64,000 bases of DNA from Trichosphaerium sp. ATCC 40318 (Eukaryota > Protista > Tubulinea), in contig JALMLS010000255.1 of the NCBI GenBank assembly GCA_038496445.1, positions 310,001 to 374,000 on the forward strand. Reading direction: 5' to 3'. A program made the position numbers and the translations under genes. A model generated the notes under the pieces. It had not been told where the DNA came from. It saw only the letters and a list, made by a program, of their open reading frames with translations, and did no database searches. The number at the start of each line of letters is the position of its first letter. Position 1 is the stretch's first letter. Below, in pieces: positions 14,390 through 27,300 of this stretch.

Positions 14390-15909
14390 CTAAACAGAAA
14401 CTCTCTGCTTTAACCAGCTCATCATTTTAGAGTAGAAAAGCTCTACGTCTGGATCTATATAGGTGTAAGTAACGTTCGTCGGTCCAAAAAGAGAAAGCAC
14501 GTGTACCTTCAAAAGGCTCGTGATAGAAATCCTTCAAAGACTCGAAAGTTTTGTCCTCGCTACCAACACCTGGTGTTCTTTTGTGAGTAGAAAACTGTAG
14601 TGCGCTATTGTAACATACTTTCTGTGTAGGCTTTAGAAGTTTCAAAATCCGTTATCTTATCATCTGTGCCATGGAATACCAGTAGTGGCGCACTGAAAGG
14701 GTAAGTTAGAAAATTTAGTGCTAAAAAGAGGTGTTTGCTTACACGAATGATTTTGCGTTTTGAACTGACTTTGGCCCGCTTGGAAGTACTTGAGAAGCGA
14801 AGTGAGCCCTTTTTATCTTACTGTAAGTTCATTATTTGAAAATAAAAATAGCGTGCCGTGTGGGACCCTACAAAGCATGTCGTCAGCAATCAAATATTCA
14901 AACAGCAAAAAAAAAAACTATTCAACTCACGTGATAAACTAATGGGTCTTCGGCATAAGCTTTTTGTGCTGCTGGGCTTCTACTAACTTTCTTTGAAAGA
15001 TCCTCGTTTGCAACAGGCATGTGAGGATAGATACTTGCGAGTCCACCAACAATAGCACTTTTTTTATAACGGTTAAAAGACCAAGCTCTCACAATTGATA
15101 AACGCACCCCAAGACTGGGTTATCGATATCCCCAGCAAGCTTAAGAAATGGTGCTGTCATTATTACACCGTTGACATGTGAAGGAATACGCTCTGCAGCG
15201 CTAGATACTATCAAACCACCCATACCTTTGAAGTGTGATTAAAAAAGTTGTTTTTGTTTTAAAGTCGACTCAGTACTGTGCGCAATGACGTAAAACTTTT
15301 CGTCTCCACTTGAAAAATGATCCACCATTTGTAGAAAGTCATCAACGTAATCGTTGTATTCCTCTTTTGTCCACGTGTTAGAGATTTCAAACGAAAAAAA
15401 AAAAGAAAAGAGAAAAAACGTGATATTCCAAATCGTACCAACGTGAGCTCTTATTCCACCTGATAATCCATGTCCTTGGTGGTCATACGCATGCACAGTA
15501 TACTGAGCACTGTTCAGGCGCTCGTATAGCGACTGGTAGCCTAAACAGAAGGTTGGAAGATTGTATAAAGTGGAATTACTTACCAAGTCGTTGGCAGTGC
15601 TCACCAAAGCCTGTTAAGGTATTAAAACGCGCTTGCAAGTGTAAAGCGTACCATGAACGAGCAATATTGTGGCTTTTGGTGATTCTACCGGATAGCTCTT
15701 GGTAAAAAGGCTTATACCCTTTGCGTTCTTAACGAGGGTGACACCAGCGGAGTTTGGTGGCGTTTTTGTGCTTTCTGGATGCTTGGGACTACCAACACCT
15801 ACATGGAGTTATGTACAGCGCGTACGTATGTAAACTAACCACCCAGGTACCATAAGGCGCCCAAAGTAACAGCAACAGCACCAATAATTAACGATCTAGA
15901 ACTGGACAT
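14390..15909 (-). CDS. Monoacylglycerol lipase / lysophospholipase-like alpha/beta hydrolase (Hydrolase_4) with N-terminal membrane anchor
   Basis: Spliced motifs LLVHG-FGEH, YDHQGHGLSGG, nucleophile elbow AH|SMGG, DPLVYH, PLLVFHGTDDKIT and YHEP. Confidence 0.9.
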
Positions 15910-16115
15910 GTAACTATTAGTAGCACTGAAGACGTCGTGGTGTAGTAGTGTAAATGACACTTTTTAGATGGTTTCAAGATGTCAGTTAAAGTAAGCATTG
16001 TGATTTTTTTTATTGTACAAAGAACGCTTTAAATGACATTTACGTCATTAATATTGTGGTGTCTAATGTAGTTTTACACTACTAGGTGTTAATATGACAG
16101 TGATGTGGTTCAACA

Positions 16116-16663
16116 CTAAATGTCGAGCGAATCCCCTGTGAGTGCAGCTGTTATGTCTACTTACGCGTAAATAAAGTGTAACAGTCAAGGATTTTGTACT
16201 TACAAGCTGTACTAATGATAATTATAAATGTGACCATTATTATTGTTGTCCCGTATTTGTCCTCGATTGCCCAGGTGTATTCCTTGTGAATTGCTGCTTG
16301 ACGTCGTTTATAATATATGAATATCGCGTAACAACCTAACCACAGTAGTGATTAGCTAATAGAAACGTAACTGGAATGTGTACCGACTGATAGTGCCAAA
16401 AGTAACAATAAAGTAGCGCCTATCCGCGCGTTGATTGAATCTGTTGCATTGGCAGCGAACGCGAGGCTAATAGAAGCTGTTTGGGTATAATTAGTGCAAT
16501 TCAAATACAAAAGCGTACCCAAGAACGTCACTGGGTTTGCCCATTGAATGAGCGTACGCTCAGCGGAAAAGAACGTTTTCGGATCTATCTTCACGTCGTA
16601 CTCAAAAGCATACTCGCCGTATTCATCAGTACTCTCTACAGCGCCAATAGTGCTCACGCTCAT
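16116..16663 (-). CDS. VTC1-like (DUF202) vacuolar transporter chaperone membrane subunit
   Basis: KIDPKTFFSAERTLIQW matches the Vtc1/Vtc4 'EPKVFFANERTFLSW' motif and is followed by three hydrophobic helices across short introns. Confidence 0.8.
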
Positions 16664-16733
16664 GAGATGTACGCTAGTCTGTCTATTTCAACGCGTAATT
16701 TTGTAAAAACTTGGTTTCAGCAGCGTTACATGT

Positions 16734-17265
16734 TTATTTTACAGGCTTGATCCTATTTCTATCGCAACAGCAGCAATAGCAAATACTGGCAACAATAATC
16801 GCAACGAAAATAAAGGCAACAAGGAGCGTTACGACTATTATAACTATGAGTATTGTGCGATTAAGGCTACCACACGATAGCTTTATAGAGTTGTTTGAAT
16901 TTCTGCTGTCTTCTTTGCAAGTCCCGTCCAAAAAAGTTTCAGTGTCTGCCGGCAAAGAGCATGTCGTATCGCTGTATGTCTTGCGTTTTACCTTGGGGTC
17001 GATGGTTATGACGTAATTATAGCGACGACACGTGATATTTAAAAAAAATTAAAAAAGAACGTACTACTCCAAAGGTACAAGTATATTTTATGCTTCCTGA
17101 AGTGTTATTGGGTTGAATACACGTGTCAGACTCAACAGATACTTTAAATTGTGCGTTATTATTGCAATCGTTACTACCGATCCATTCTTCTATATCTACT
17201 GTAGCTGTAGCTACTATATAAACAATTGATAGAATTACTGAGGCAATAACGAGGAGTCGTGGCAT
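16734..17265 (-). CDS. Small type I membrane protein with Cys-rich ectodomain and juxtamembrane CYCCCC cluster
   Basis: Signal peptide MPRLLVIASVILSIVYIVATA, one intron, TM segment ILIVIIVVTLLVAFIFVAIIVASI, then CYCCCCDR. Confidence 0.7.
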
Positions 17266-17457
17266 GTGGTGGATAAGGGAATAAATAGTCAATGAATAAA
17301 TCAGTAACTTAATTAGTTTACTTCAAAACTACACGCACAAACAGTACGTTAAGTATCCGTGCGCGCATTACTTGCTCCTGTTACGGTGAGCTAAAGGCTG
17401 CGAACGATTCGACAAGGGTCTATTTGATTAAACGAAAAAGGAGTATGACGTCGATAT

Positions 17458-18821
17458 TCAAAAGTCTATTTTACTGATACAATTGCCGTGAGAAAAGTAC
17501 AAAGAACCATCATGATACGCGATACCAACTATGTTACCGTCAAAAGCACCGCATTCAAGTTTAAATTTGATAACGTCTCCACTTTCTGGGAATATCCGAT
17601 AAAGATCCTTACCATCACCACAAAGAATACTCCCTTTGTAGAAAAAAATTTCAGTTAGAAAGCAAAAACACGTGATGTAAAAAAAAACGGTCTTCTCTCG
17701 CAAATTGGTTTCAAGAAAAGTGTACCTTTGGCGTAACAGATGTACCAAAGATCAGAAAACGAACATGATGAATTAATATAAGTCAACTCTTTTGTTGTAG
17801 CATCAAGCTTCCACACCTTAAAAAAAATATAAGAAATGTGACTCTAAAAATAGCTCAACTCAATCCCACAGTACCCTGCTATCGCTGCATACATAAATAT
17901 TGCCTTTTTCATCAAGATCAATACCCATAGGCGCAGTGAACTTATTATTCATCTGTCTAGAAGCCAGAGTTACCATTTTTTCAGTTGCATTCTCGACAAT
18001 CGGATTTGACATGTTGATGTAGTTCTCATCGTGATTTCCAAAGCACACCATGTCATCTTTTGTTACAGTAACAGAACGAACCCAGCCTCTTTTAACAGTG
18101 ACTAGATTTGATACAGTTTCCGTCAAATAATCCAAGCGCTTAATACACTTCAAGTCGAATCAGTTTAAAAATTAGGAATCTACAAAAAAAGCGTTTTGTA
18201 CTAGTTTAGGTTCATTTTTAGACATCAAAAATGGCGTACACGGTTGGCAGAGTCAGCGATATATATGTTACCAACACTATCTGTTGCAACATCGTGAGGA
18301 AAGCGTACAACTGATCGTGTTGCTTCAAAAGTAGACACGAGGTTTGTTTTCATGTCTAATTTGCGTATGAGGTTATTTAGATTATCTGTGATGATCATCT
18401 AAGGCGGTTGAGCCTAAATTGTTTGTTTGGTAAAAACTTACGTCTCCCTTGTTGTTGAACGTAATACCACGTATATCTTTAAATAGTGCCGTGTCCTTTG
18501 GACCTTTTTTTGCGTAAACGGCAGTTTAATCTTATCAACTCGTACCATCATCATAACCCATTGTAGCGCTACCAGTGACGCGTTTTACAACGTACGTTGC
18601 GGTAATTTCCTATTAAATCAGTTAAAACGAAGCTTACAAGTGTCTACACGCGCTTTATATAGTCTACTCGCCCGCACTACGCCAGCAAAAAGCCTGCTAA
18701 CTTGTGATACTAGCTTTAGCACCTTTGGTGTTTTTATGAACTCTATCGAGTACACTAAAATTTCAACAGGTAGTGATTCCATTGTGGCGTTGTACGCTTC
18801 TTGTGTCAATACCTTTTTCAT
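17458..18821 (-). CDS. F-box-like plus NHL-repeat beta-propeller protein
   Basis: LPVEILVYSIEFI...LVSQVSRLF (F-box-like); NHL repeats FKDIRGITFNNKGD, FPHDVATDSVGNIYIADSAN and FTAPMGIDLDEKGNIYVCDS. Confidence 0.8.
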
Positions 18822-19027
18822 GAAAAGTTATAAAGTCTATTTTAAGTTGAGCTAAGGCACGAGTAGATGCCTCCCAACTGGCAAAGACAGAACCAAACAC
18901 GATCATTGTCAATACAAATAATAAACCAATCCAATTTCACAACGTCATATCACTTGAGTAAAGTGGCAACTTACAAAAAGATAGGATTTTATTGGGAATA
19001 ACTACATCTAGGTCTACAAAGTTTGCA

Positions 19028-19669
19028 CTAGGCTTTTTGTGCCTTCTTCAGTTGCTTTAACGTCTTCCTTATAGGTTCCCCAGTTTCGAGGTGATGATGT
19101 AAGCATAGAGTAACGTTCCCGAGGTAGTCAGTGAAGGACTTTTCAAGTATCATTCTGTCCATGATCTTACCTACAACACCGAATTTTGGTTTGTATTCCA
19201 TTTCAATGTAAACTTCACATTGACCTTTGCCTAACCTATACGCCTTTAGTACAAAATCAACAGACTAGTTTTATTTAGTACCTTGTTACGCCCATCTTGG
19301 CCAAGCAAGAAGCAAGAGGAAGAGTTCCTTTGTTAACAGTAACGAGCATGTACATTTTCTCTTCGTTCCATTCTATTATTTCTTCTTCGACATAGTTACC
19401 ATCGTAGAAACGACACTCACGTTGTGCTCCAACGCCTAAACCAACGATAAGCTAAAACCAAGATGTCATAAAAACTGTACCTGTACTCTCATCAGTGAGC
19501 TTCTTGGAAGACTCAACTGCCGGATGGTAAGATTGAACATCCGGAAAGTCTCCTACGACTTTCCATGCTTTTTTAGCTGAGCAATCCATACGTGCTGCGC
19601 TAATGCGACTGTTAGTTCAACAAGAGTACAATCGAAAACGAATTGAGCATACTGTCTTATTTTGCCCAT
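19028..19669 (-). CDS. SRPBCC/START-like (Polyketide_cyc2) protein
   Basis: Spliced product ...KAWKVVGDFPDVQSYHPAVESS...GVGAQRECRFYDGNYVEEEIIEWNE...MEYKPKFGVVGKIMD. Not shown in the ORF track because of three introns. Confidence 0.82.
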
Positions 19670-19974
19670 AGTTACTATTTCGTTGCTTTGAATAGGTGGT
19701 GCTTGAGTTGTTGAAACAGAAATTATGATTTAAACAAACGTGATTTTCGGTTTGATTCCGAGGACATTGGATGACAACCAAGTACGTTAAGAATTCGTAC
19801 AAGAAGTCGTTTATTTATCGCGTACTAGCGTTATCTATGTACAAGCACATCTTATCGATTGCCGACCGAAAAACCAAAATAGAGTTACACTTCCGCGGAG
19901 CTGGAAATCGCAAAACCATAGCAACAAATACCGCGGCCATAGCGTTCTAAACCCGCGAGCAAGCCTTTCTCTTC

Positions 19975-20544
19975 CTATTGTCCAATGTCATTTCGTGCAT
20001 TTTGATCTACGTGGAATGCGAAGCCTACACGACTAAACAAGTTTCTCAGCAACGCTGCTTCTTGGTCTTTCAGATCACGTAGCGTGTAGTTGGAATGCGA
20101 GGAGGATGCCGTTTTATGTAGCTGTTCGGACAGCCGAGTGTTTGTTGCTTGTCGAGCTGTTTGCTTGGCTATACTTCTTTGCTCCCTTATCCTCATTGTT
20201 TCTTGTCTTAGTTTGTTTTTGTATGCTTCTCGTTGTTGGCGCTGTAAACGCTGTGTATGGCGAGTTTCTAGATCTGCTCTACGCTTCCTCATTGCTTCAA
20301 GTAATTGACGCCTTTTACTACCTCGTTCCTTGTCTCGTTGTATTTGCGCATCTAGAGTTGCTCTCTTTTCTGGATCGATCAAAAATTCCTTTGCAATACC
20401 AATACGCAAAAACTCATCAACATTCCCTCCTTTGTCTGTGTGATGGACCTTAGCCAATTTTCTCCATGCAGATACAATTTCTTTAGTTGTAGCGTCTGGT
20501 GACACTTTCAGAACACTGTACCAATCCTCAATACGTGCTGGCAT
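19975..20544 (-). CDS. J-domain protein, Cwc23/DNAJC17-like, with non-canonical HTD motif
   Basis: DWYSVLKVSPDATTKEIVSAWRKLAKVHHTDKGG...EFLIDPEKRATLD followed by a basic coiled coil; intronless ORF. Confidence 0.8.
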   Translation of the reverse strand: MPARIEDWYSVLKVSPDATTKEIVSAWRKLAKVHHTDKGGNVDEFLRIGIAKEFLIDPEKRATLDAQIQRDKERGSKRRQLLEAMRKRRADLETRHTQRLQRQQREAYKNKLRQETMRIREQRSIAKQTARQATNTRLSEQLHKTASSSHSNYTLRDLKDQEAALLRNLFSRVGFAFHVDQNARNDIGQ

Positions 20545-20720
20545 ATGTACAACCGTTAGAAACACGAAAAATTATGACATGTTGGGAGAAAGCAAGCAAA
20601 TGGCTCATGTCACAGCGAACCTTAAATATTGAAATCATTAAGTCAGGTTGATAGTTAACAAAAGCGGTTTAATTATTATGCGTTTTTTTTTCAAACCGCT
20701 ACACAATACAAAAAGTCAAT

Positions 20721-21415
20721 TTAATCGTCTTTTTTGGCTTCGTCCTTCTTCTTTCTCTCTTCCTCTCTGGCGGCCTTTTTCTCTTCTTCGAGCTTCTTTT
20801 TACGCTCTTCACGCTTTCTCTTTTTCTCTTCTTCACGCTTTTTCCTCTCTTCCTCTTCTCTCTTTTTCCTTTCCTCTTCTTCTTTCTTCTTGATACCTTC
20901 TTCAGCTACAAGTTTCTCTTTGCTTGGCTTGTTTGGATGTTTCTACAACGAACAAAGTCAGTTAGCGCCAAAATAATTAAAAAGTCGTTATTGAGAGTAA
21001 TTGCGGCGAGGAATAGCGTCATTGCATATCCTTAGTATAGTACGAACCTCGAGAATCTTTTTGGCATACCACAACATGAAGCTCATGTCGACAAGTTCCT
21101 TTTCAGTTGGAGGGTCCTCCATAAACTTTTCTAAGGTATCATAACCTTTACCGGCCAAGAGTTTGGCGTGTTTCTCGGCTTCTTGTGTTGTTACTTCCAT
21201 ATGCTTCAAGAACCATTCAGAAACAGTTTTTGGGGTTCCTGGTTGCGAAGTGAGTTAATTTGGACAGCGAGTAATCGATTTTGGCAAATAATTTGAAGAA
21301 TCCTTTGGAGGCGATAAAAACATACCTTCGAAACCTGGGATCTCTTTAGGTTCATCGCGGATTCCTCTCCTGCGGGCGTACGTGCGGGCCCAAAACTGTG
21401 GTGCGACGGTAACAT
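20721..21415 (-). CDS. Small protein with SAM-like helical domain and E/K/R-rich single-alpha-helix tail
   Basis: Exon VSEWFLKHMEV...AKLLAGKGYDTLEKF...KELVDMSF spliced to KKKEEEERKKREEEERKKREEEKK...; start codon uncertain. Confidence 0.55.
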
Positions 21416-21955
21416 TGGAGTGTTCTATGCGTTACTTAGTGCAAAACGCGCTAATGGTTTACTGACGAGCAAAAAAAAGTTTTTCGCAAAAATCTCTTCT
21501 TTATGTGCGTACGTGTGCTTGTGACCAAAACATTAGCTCTTGGTCTAGAGGCTTGAATAGAAACCTTCTTTTGTGAGCTAACGAGACTTAGGTGAGTTCA
21601 TTGTATTATAAGCGTACGCAGACACGCGTACAGCGGCACGGCGGAAAGTAGTACGAGCAGCGAGTTTAAGCATAACGAGCAATACAGTTTATGCTGTTTT
21701 TTTGGTGCTTAACATTATAGACTAACGTAGACCATGGTTAAAGATGCGTACGACTATTTGATAGTGCGTAGAAGGTGATGAGAGTATGCTCAAAAGGTGA
21801 ACAAAAAAAACGGGCAATAAAGTCTGGTTTGGCTCCTGTACTCATTTGCTTCGCACATCATTCTTGATCAAGACTGTTTGCAACGAAAATGAGGCACTTT
21901 AGAGCCCGTTAAGCGCGTTTTATTTAAGCATGATAAACTCCGTATTGCAGCTGCA

Positions 21956-23420
21956 ATGGCACGTGATAAAATACTATTGTTCATTAGGCTAGGTTCTTAT
22001 TTATTTGCGTAGAGTAAAATAAGATACAAATTACCCGAAGCAACCTTTTCATACGACAGCGAGGATAAAATAGACGATGAACTAAAGTGCGCAATATGTT
22101 TCGGTCCCTTTGACGACCCTGTCTACCACTCGCCTTGTGGGAACACGTTTTGTCGTTCTTGTATAGCCAAAGTGGACACTGGGCGCTGCCCACACTGCCG
22201 AAAGACGTTACAAGGCGCGAATTCAACTTTTATATCGACACTGAAATTGCTGACGCAAATCTTCGTCCAGATAAACTTCTTGTGTCTCCCAGAGCACTTA
22301 GAAATATGGTAAATAAGTTGAACGTTAAATGTGACGCTTGCTGTAAAGTTGTACGAAGGTGACGTGTTTTTGTACTCAACGATTTGTGTCAAGTGCTAAC
22401 TTGTAACTTTAGAGAAAATTTTGATATCCATGCGAATAAAACTTGCAAGATCAACTGTCCTTTGTCTTGTGGCAAGAAAATGACACGTGCAAAAGTAGAC
22501 GATCACATGAAGTATTGTCCACAAGCCGAAACGCCTTGCATCGCCGAATCCATCGGGTGCACGCACGTGGGGAAGAGAAAAGACCTTCAAGTACGGCACC
22601 AATAAAAAGTACTCTAAATTGCTTTCCAGTGCAGTCGAATCATCTGTTGGTTTCTCTATGAGGTGACAAATTCCATTGCTTATATTTAATTCGTAGGACC
22701 ACGAAACCAATTGTCCATTGGCTCCTGTAGCTATAATAGTCGAGGCTCAAAGGAAGCAAATAGCAACAATGGAGAATTATTGTGCTAACTTGGAAGTGAA
22801 GCATTCTGCTGCATTACGTTTAGCTGAAGCTGCTGTACCGAGTTTATGTAACAACTGGCCTAACATGAAGATCGAGTACAGGATTGAAGTAGTGTCTGAT
22901 ATTGAGCTATGTGACTTGGATGTAGCCATGTTGCCTCGGATGAAGCGTGAAGTGGAGAAAGGTACAACAAATGCAACAAACATTTAAGTAAGAATTTTTT
23001 CTTTAGAGCGTGAACGAAGGAGGAACGAAGAGATTCAATTACTCAAGGAAGAAGGTAGATGGTTTGCTAAGTCTAGAAGCAAGACAGTGAAAATCAAATT
23101 AAAAGAACACCCGTCTAGCAAGCGAGAGATGGTTCATTTAAAGGAAGAGAAACTCCATGTGTTTGACAGAAATGTAACATTTGAGGAGGTACCAACAGAG
23201 CAGTTGGTTTGAATGTCTGCTAAAAAAAAATTGCGTTTAGGCGACAGCTTTGTTGAGCCCAACTCTTGGCTTGTTTGAATGGTTCACAACCGGATTCAGA
23301 CCTTGTGATGATAAGGATACTTTGAAACAAGGTCAAACATACTTTCTATTGTTCATGCGTGCTCCAAGATTCTCATGGGTAAGAAACCTGTTAACTAGAT
23401 CAACACCTGTAACATCATAA
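21956..23420 (+). CDS. RING finger plus TRAF-type zinc finger protein
   Basis: DDELKCAICFGPFDDPVYHSPCGNTFCRSCI...CPHCR (RING); CPLSCGKKMTRAKVDDHMKYCP and CIAESIGC...HETNCP (TRAF zinc fingers); coiled coil; no recognisable MATH domain. Confidence 0.85.
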
Positions 23421-23560
23421 ATGTAAATAAACTTCAACAAACTCTACAGCTCAACAAATTGACATATAGCACAACTAGATACAAAGGTTGCTTTGTTATT
23501 CTTAAAACACGTGCCATTTGTATTAAATTTGTGACATTTGAATTAACACGTGCCTTCTGA

Positions 23561-24109
23561 TTAACAGCGTGTGCCATTAACATAGTTCCGTGAGTATATT
23601 AGTTCTCCCTTACTATTCCAACGCTTTTCTTCTCCGTGTAAAAGATCATCCTTGCAAAAACAGTTGAGACTTTGTTGACCATTACAATACCACAGTTTGT
23701 ACTCTCCATCCTTTTTTCCATTTTTATACGTACACTTACTGTACATTTGTCCATTGAAATGCCACATCAAAGCCACACCTTCTTTTTTATCGTCTTTGTA
23801 GTGGTATGTACGCGCCAAGTGCCCTTTTTGATGCCACACCTTGTAAATGCCTTGTTTTTTGTTGTTTTCGACGATATACTCGTGTCTTTCCCATAATCTA
23901 CCCTTCTTGAGCCATTGACGGAATTTTCCGTGTTTATTTAACGAATTATCAAAACGGCTTGTCACAGCTGCTTGTTTGCATAAAAGAGGCCATTTGAAGT
24001 ATACTTCGTTGTCTGTATAAAAGATAGCGTGCTGTACTTCAAGTGGTAGGTTTAATATCGCCGCGCCGACGCTGTATTCGGAACTTGGTAGCGTCTTGGC
24101 ACTTCTCAT
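23561..24109 (-). CDS. Intronless F-box-like plus MORN2 (MORN variant/YwqK-like) repeat protein
   Basis: LNLPLEVQHAIF...WPLLCK N-terminus; repeats such as WHFNGQMYSKCTYKNGKKDGEYKLWYCNGQ. Confidence 0.85.
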   Translation of the reverse strand: MRSAKTLPSSEYSVGAAILNLPLEVQHAIFYTDNEVYFKWPLLCKQAAVTSRFDNSLNKHGKFRQWLKKGRLWERHEYIVENNKKQGIYKVWHQKGHLARTYHYKDDKKEGVALMWHFNGQMYSKCTYKNGKKDGEYKLWYCNGQQSLNCFCKDDLLHGEEKRWNSKGELIYSRNYVNGTRC

Positions 24110-24358
24110 CTATCCAAGCTGTAATATTTGGAAAACTCTTTGACCGAATTAGGAATACCCATGACTTGATGTGGGTCCAGTACTTACACTATGTATGCTC
24201 GCTATTAACTTTGTGCAGTTTATTAGTATCACGTGACTTTCAGTCGTTAGAAGAATGTTGAGTCTGAGGAAAGACTTAACAAAAAAGCCAGAATTTATTG
24301 TTGAATCTTCGTTTTTATTGAAGAGGAGCTGTTCTAGTAATAGTACAGTTAGAGTGAG

Positions 24359-27300
24359 ATGGCGTCACCTGTTGGGAACCCAAAAAACGCCGAGCAGTCT
24401 GAAATGCTACCTTGTGACCTTTTACCGAGCAAAGAGACTTTACTCATGGCCTTGGAATGTTGTCGTATCGTAAATGGAGAAAAAGAACAGTTACACGTGC
24501 GCACTCTATCGGTACTCCGCTCTGATGATTTTATAAACGGTCTAGTGCGATGTTCGGTGTCAAAAAGCTGTAAACTCTTCGTACAAATATGTTATCATTA
24601 CATGCCAAGCTACAAACACAATGTACGTAGCCTTCAAGAGTTTAGATGTGCGGTTACCTCTAGACTTACCACGTTGGGGAAAACATGATAAGGGGCCTGT
24701 CCTTAAACGTGCGTTTGTATCTTCACATGTTTTTTTCTGACATTGTTTGTAGACATCTTTAACATTGCGGAGCGGATACCTTTACGCCACATGGCACAAC
24801 AACTAATGTACAATGCTTAATACTAATTAGAGATATATCTTACTTTATACAAAGATGTGACAGTATCAATGTCGTCCTGTGTGGTCATTGTTTGGGTGGT
24901 GTCGTTGCACAAATTGTGTACACAAAATTATATGAGGAGCTTGCCAAGACAGACCAACAACGAGCTCGAGGTGCGTCTTTACTACCTGAAATGATTAGTT
25001 ACATATCGTAGAGTACTTGGGTAAAGGCATGCTTAGGTCTATATCATTCGGAGCACCATTGTACGCAGGAAAAGCTTGGGTCGATCATTTGAAAAAGTTG
25101 CGCATTTCAGAATACATGTGCAATATTACATACGAAGGCGATATAATCTTAAAATTGTTGAGTCTGATACTACTCGATTTCAAGACATCACAACATAGAG
25201 AGACTGCTAAATTAGTACCATTGGAGCTTCTTATGGAGAGTCTTCTTAAAAATAATACATGGACTGTGCGTTTTAAGTAAACGTGTATTTTGGTGTTTAT
25301 AAGGTTGTAGATGGACCGAGATTCTTTCAAGAGATTAAGTAAGATGATACGCATGGATAAAGAAAACCATGAAAATGATATAAGTCCAGTTGGACAATTC
25401 TGGATAATGTATGAGTCACATTTGACAGCAGAGCTCATACATGTGCGTTAAGTTACAGAATTAATCACGTGACTTATATGTTATCAATTAGGAGGCATCT
25501 CCTAAAGCCATCACATCTGCTCTTCTCCATAGAGAATTAAAATTAGCGCTTGGTGATGAGAAAGGAACTTATAGGACGCAGGTACGCTATTCTCAGGAAA
25601 GGACAAGCTTAAAACACGTGTTTAGCATTCACCACGAATCTATCGCTTTTTGTTGAAGCACAGAAAGGAAGACAGGATCGATGAGGAAGAGTCTGGCCAA
25701 GCGATTAGTATTGGTCAAGGTCAGCATTATTCATTTCTGTCGGCGGTTTCTAAAACAAGTGTAGAGCTTTTACCACAAATATTTGGGTCAAAGGCGCTGT
25801 GGCTTGCAAAAGTAAATTTATTACAGATAACGATAGAGGTATAACCAACATATCTTTTTCACTTATTCACGTGAATGTTAGGGTATTAACCTTGACCTAT
25901 CAAATGGCAGTAAAGGGTGTGCAGTGCTACTCAATTCAGATATGTATTGCCAAAGAATAGAGAGCAGGAGTATGGATGGCAAAGATCTTATAGTTGTTTT
26001 CAGTCTTGACGAGCTTCCTCATGAAATAAGAGTCTTAATCACGACAGACTTTGGAGACACTCAAGTATCCGTAAGGGCAGGAGATATATACGTACGCATG
26101 ATCAATCATTAACAATATATAAAACAAATGAATTCTAGGAGCACAAAGGCAAAGTCTTACCACTTCCGAACAAATTCTCAAATGTTTCTGTTTTGTTCTT
26201 GATTACCGTTCTGTTTCGTGGATTGTGGACTGTAATGACCGGAACAAAAGGTCGTCGTCAGACTGTATTCATGACAGATAAGATGTTAAATGCATTACGT
26301 GATGTCGATGCTATCTTCAATTGTGGTCTTGCACGTGTTTTAAAAGGAGACTCTTTCGACACTTATGATATCGTTTCGATTCAAACTCTTGCTGCACTTG
26401 CTCAAGAGCCTCTAGAGCGAATGTATGAAAGTGCTACATCTCCTCTACAGGTTCGTATCCCTGTAGTACACCCAGGCCATGGAATATCAGTATCAACACC
26501 AGGAGGTGTTCTAATGCCTATGATAATTGGAGCGAACAAAGGAAAAAGTGCTTCATCTAGGACTAAGAACTATAAAGCTGTTTTGCGGTATCTAGCATAT
26601 CAAATAGGTATTTCTCCTTGGGAAGTTTTGGACACAGAGTATGGTTTAGAAAAGGTTCCAAATCAACATTATATGTAACCGCACTAACAACATTAGGGAT
26701 TGAGAGATTTCTTCTCTTTAGTGTCAGCAATGAAAAAGCAACTACAAGAAGATCTATTTACTATTTCAAGCACAAAAGCAATATTCCTTAGTGGATGCGC
26801 ACTCCCTCTTCATAGTGCTTCAAAGAGGTAAGTCTAAAAAAACCTGCACCTAATACATGTGACCTAACTGCTTGTTAAACCTTGTAGCTCGCAAGTTGAA
26901 GCTAAAAAGCGTATACGTGTTGCGATAAATATATGTGATATGCGACATTGGCTTACATGTCGTTTGTATGTTTCAGTCATGGGAACACGTAACTCTGGCA
27001 CGTGTTAAACTTGGAATTATAATAATGTTTTCTAACAGTTGTACTTAGAAAAAGGAAGGATTTCTAGAGAATTGTTCAATGTTAGAAGCGAGAATGAAAC
27101 AGGTCCCTTTTTCAGAGCTAATAATTCAGAGTATTTATTTGGGTTGGACTGCCCAGCGTTTGAAGGTAAGACAAAAAAAAGTAACAACAAAAGACAGTTT
27201 CGAACCATAAAGGTAACAACTTTCTTTGTTAGAAAAATCGGTTCGGTTCACACCATTTGTTCGTGCATGTTCTATGGTATTGGTACTACTAGATGCTACA

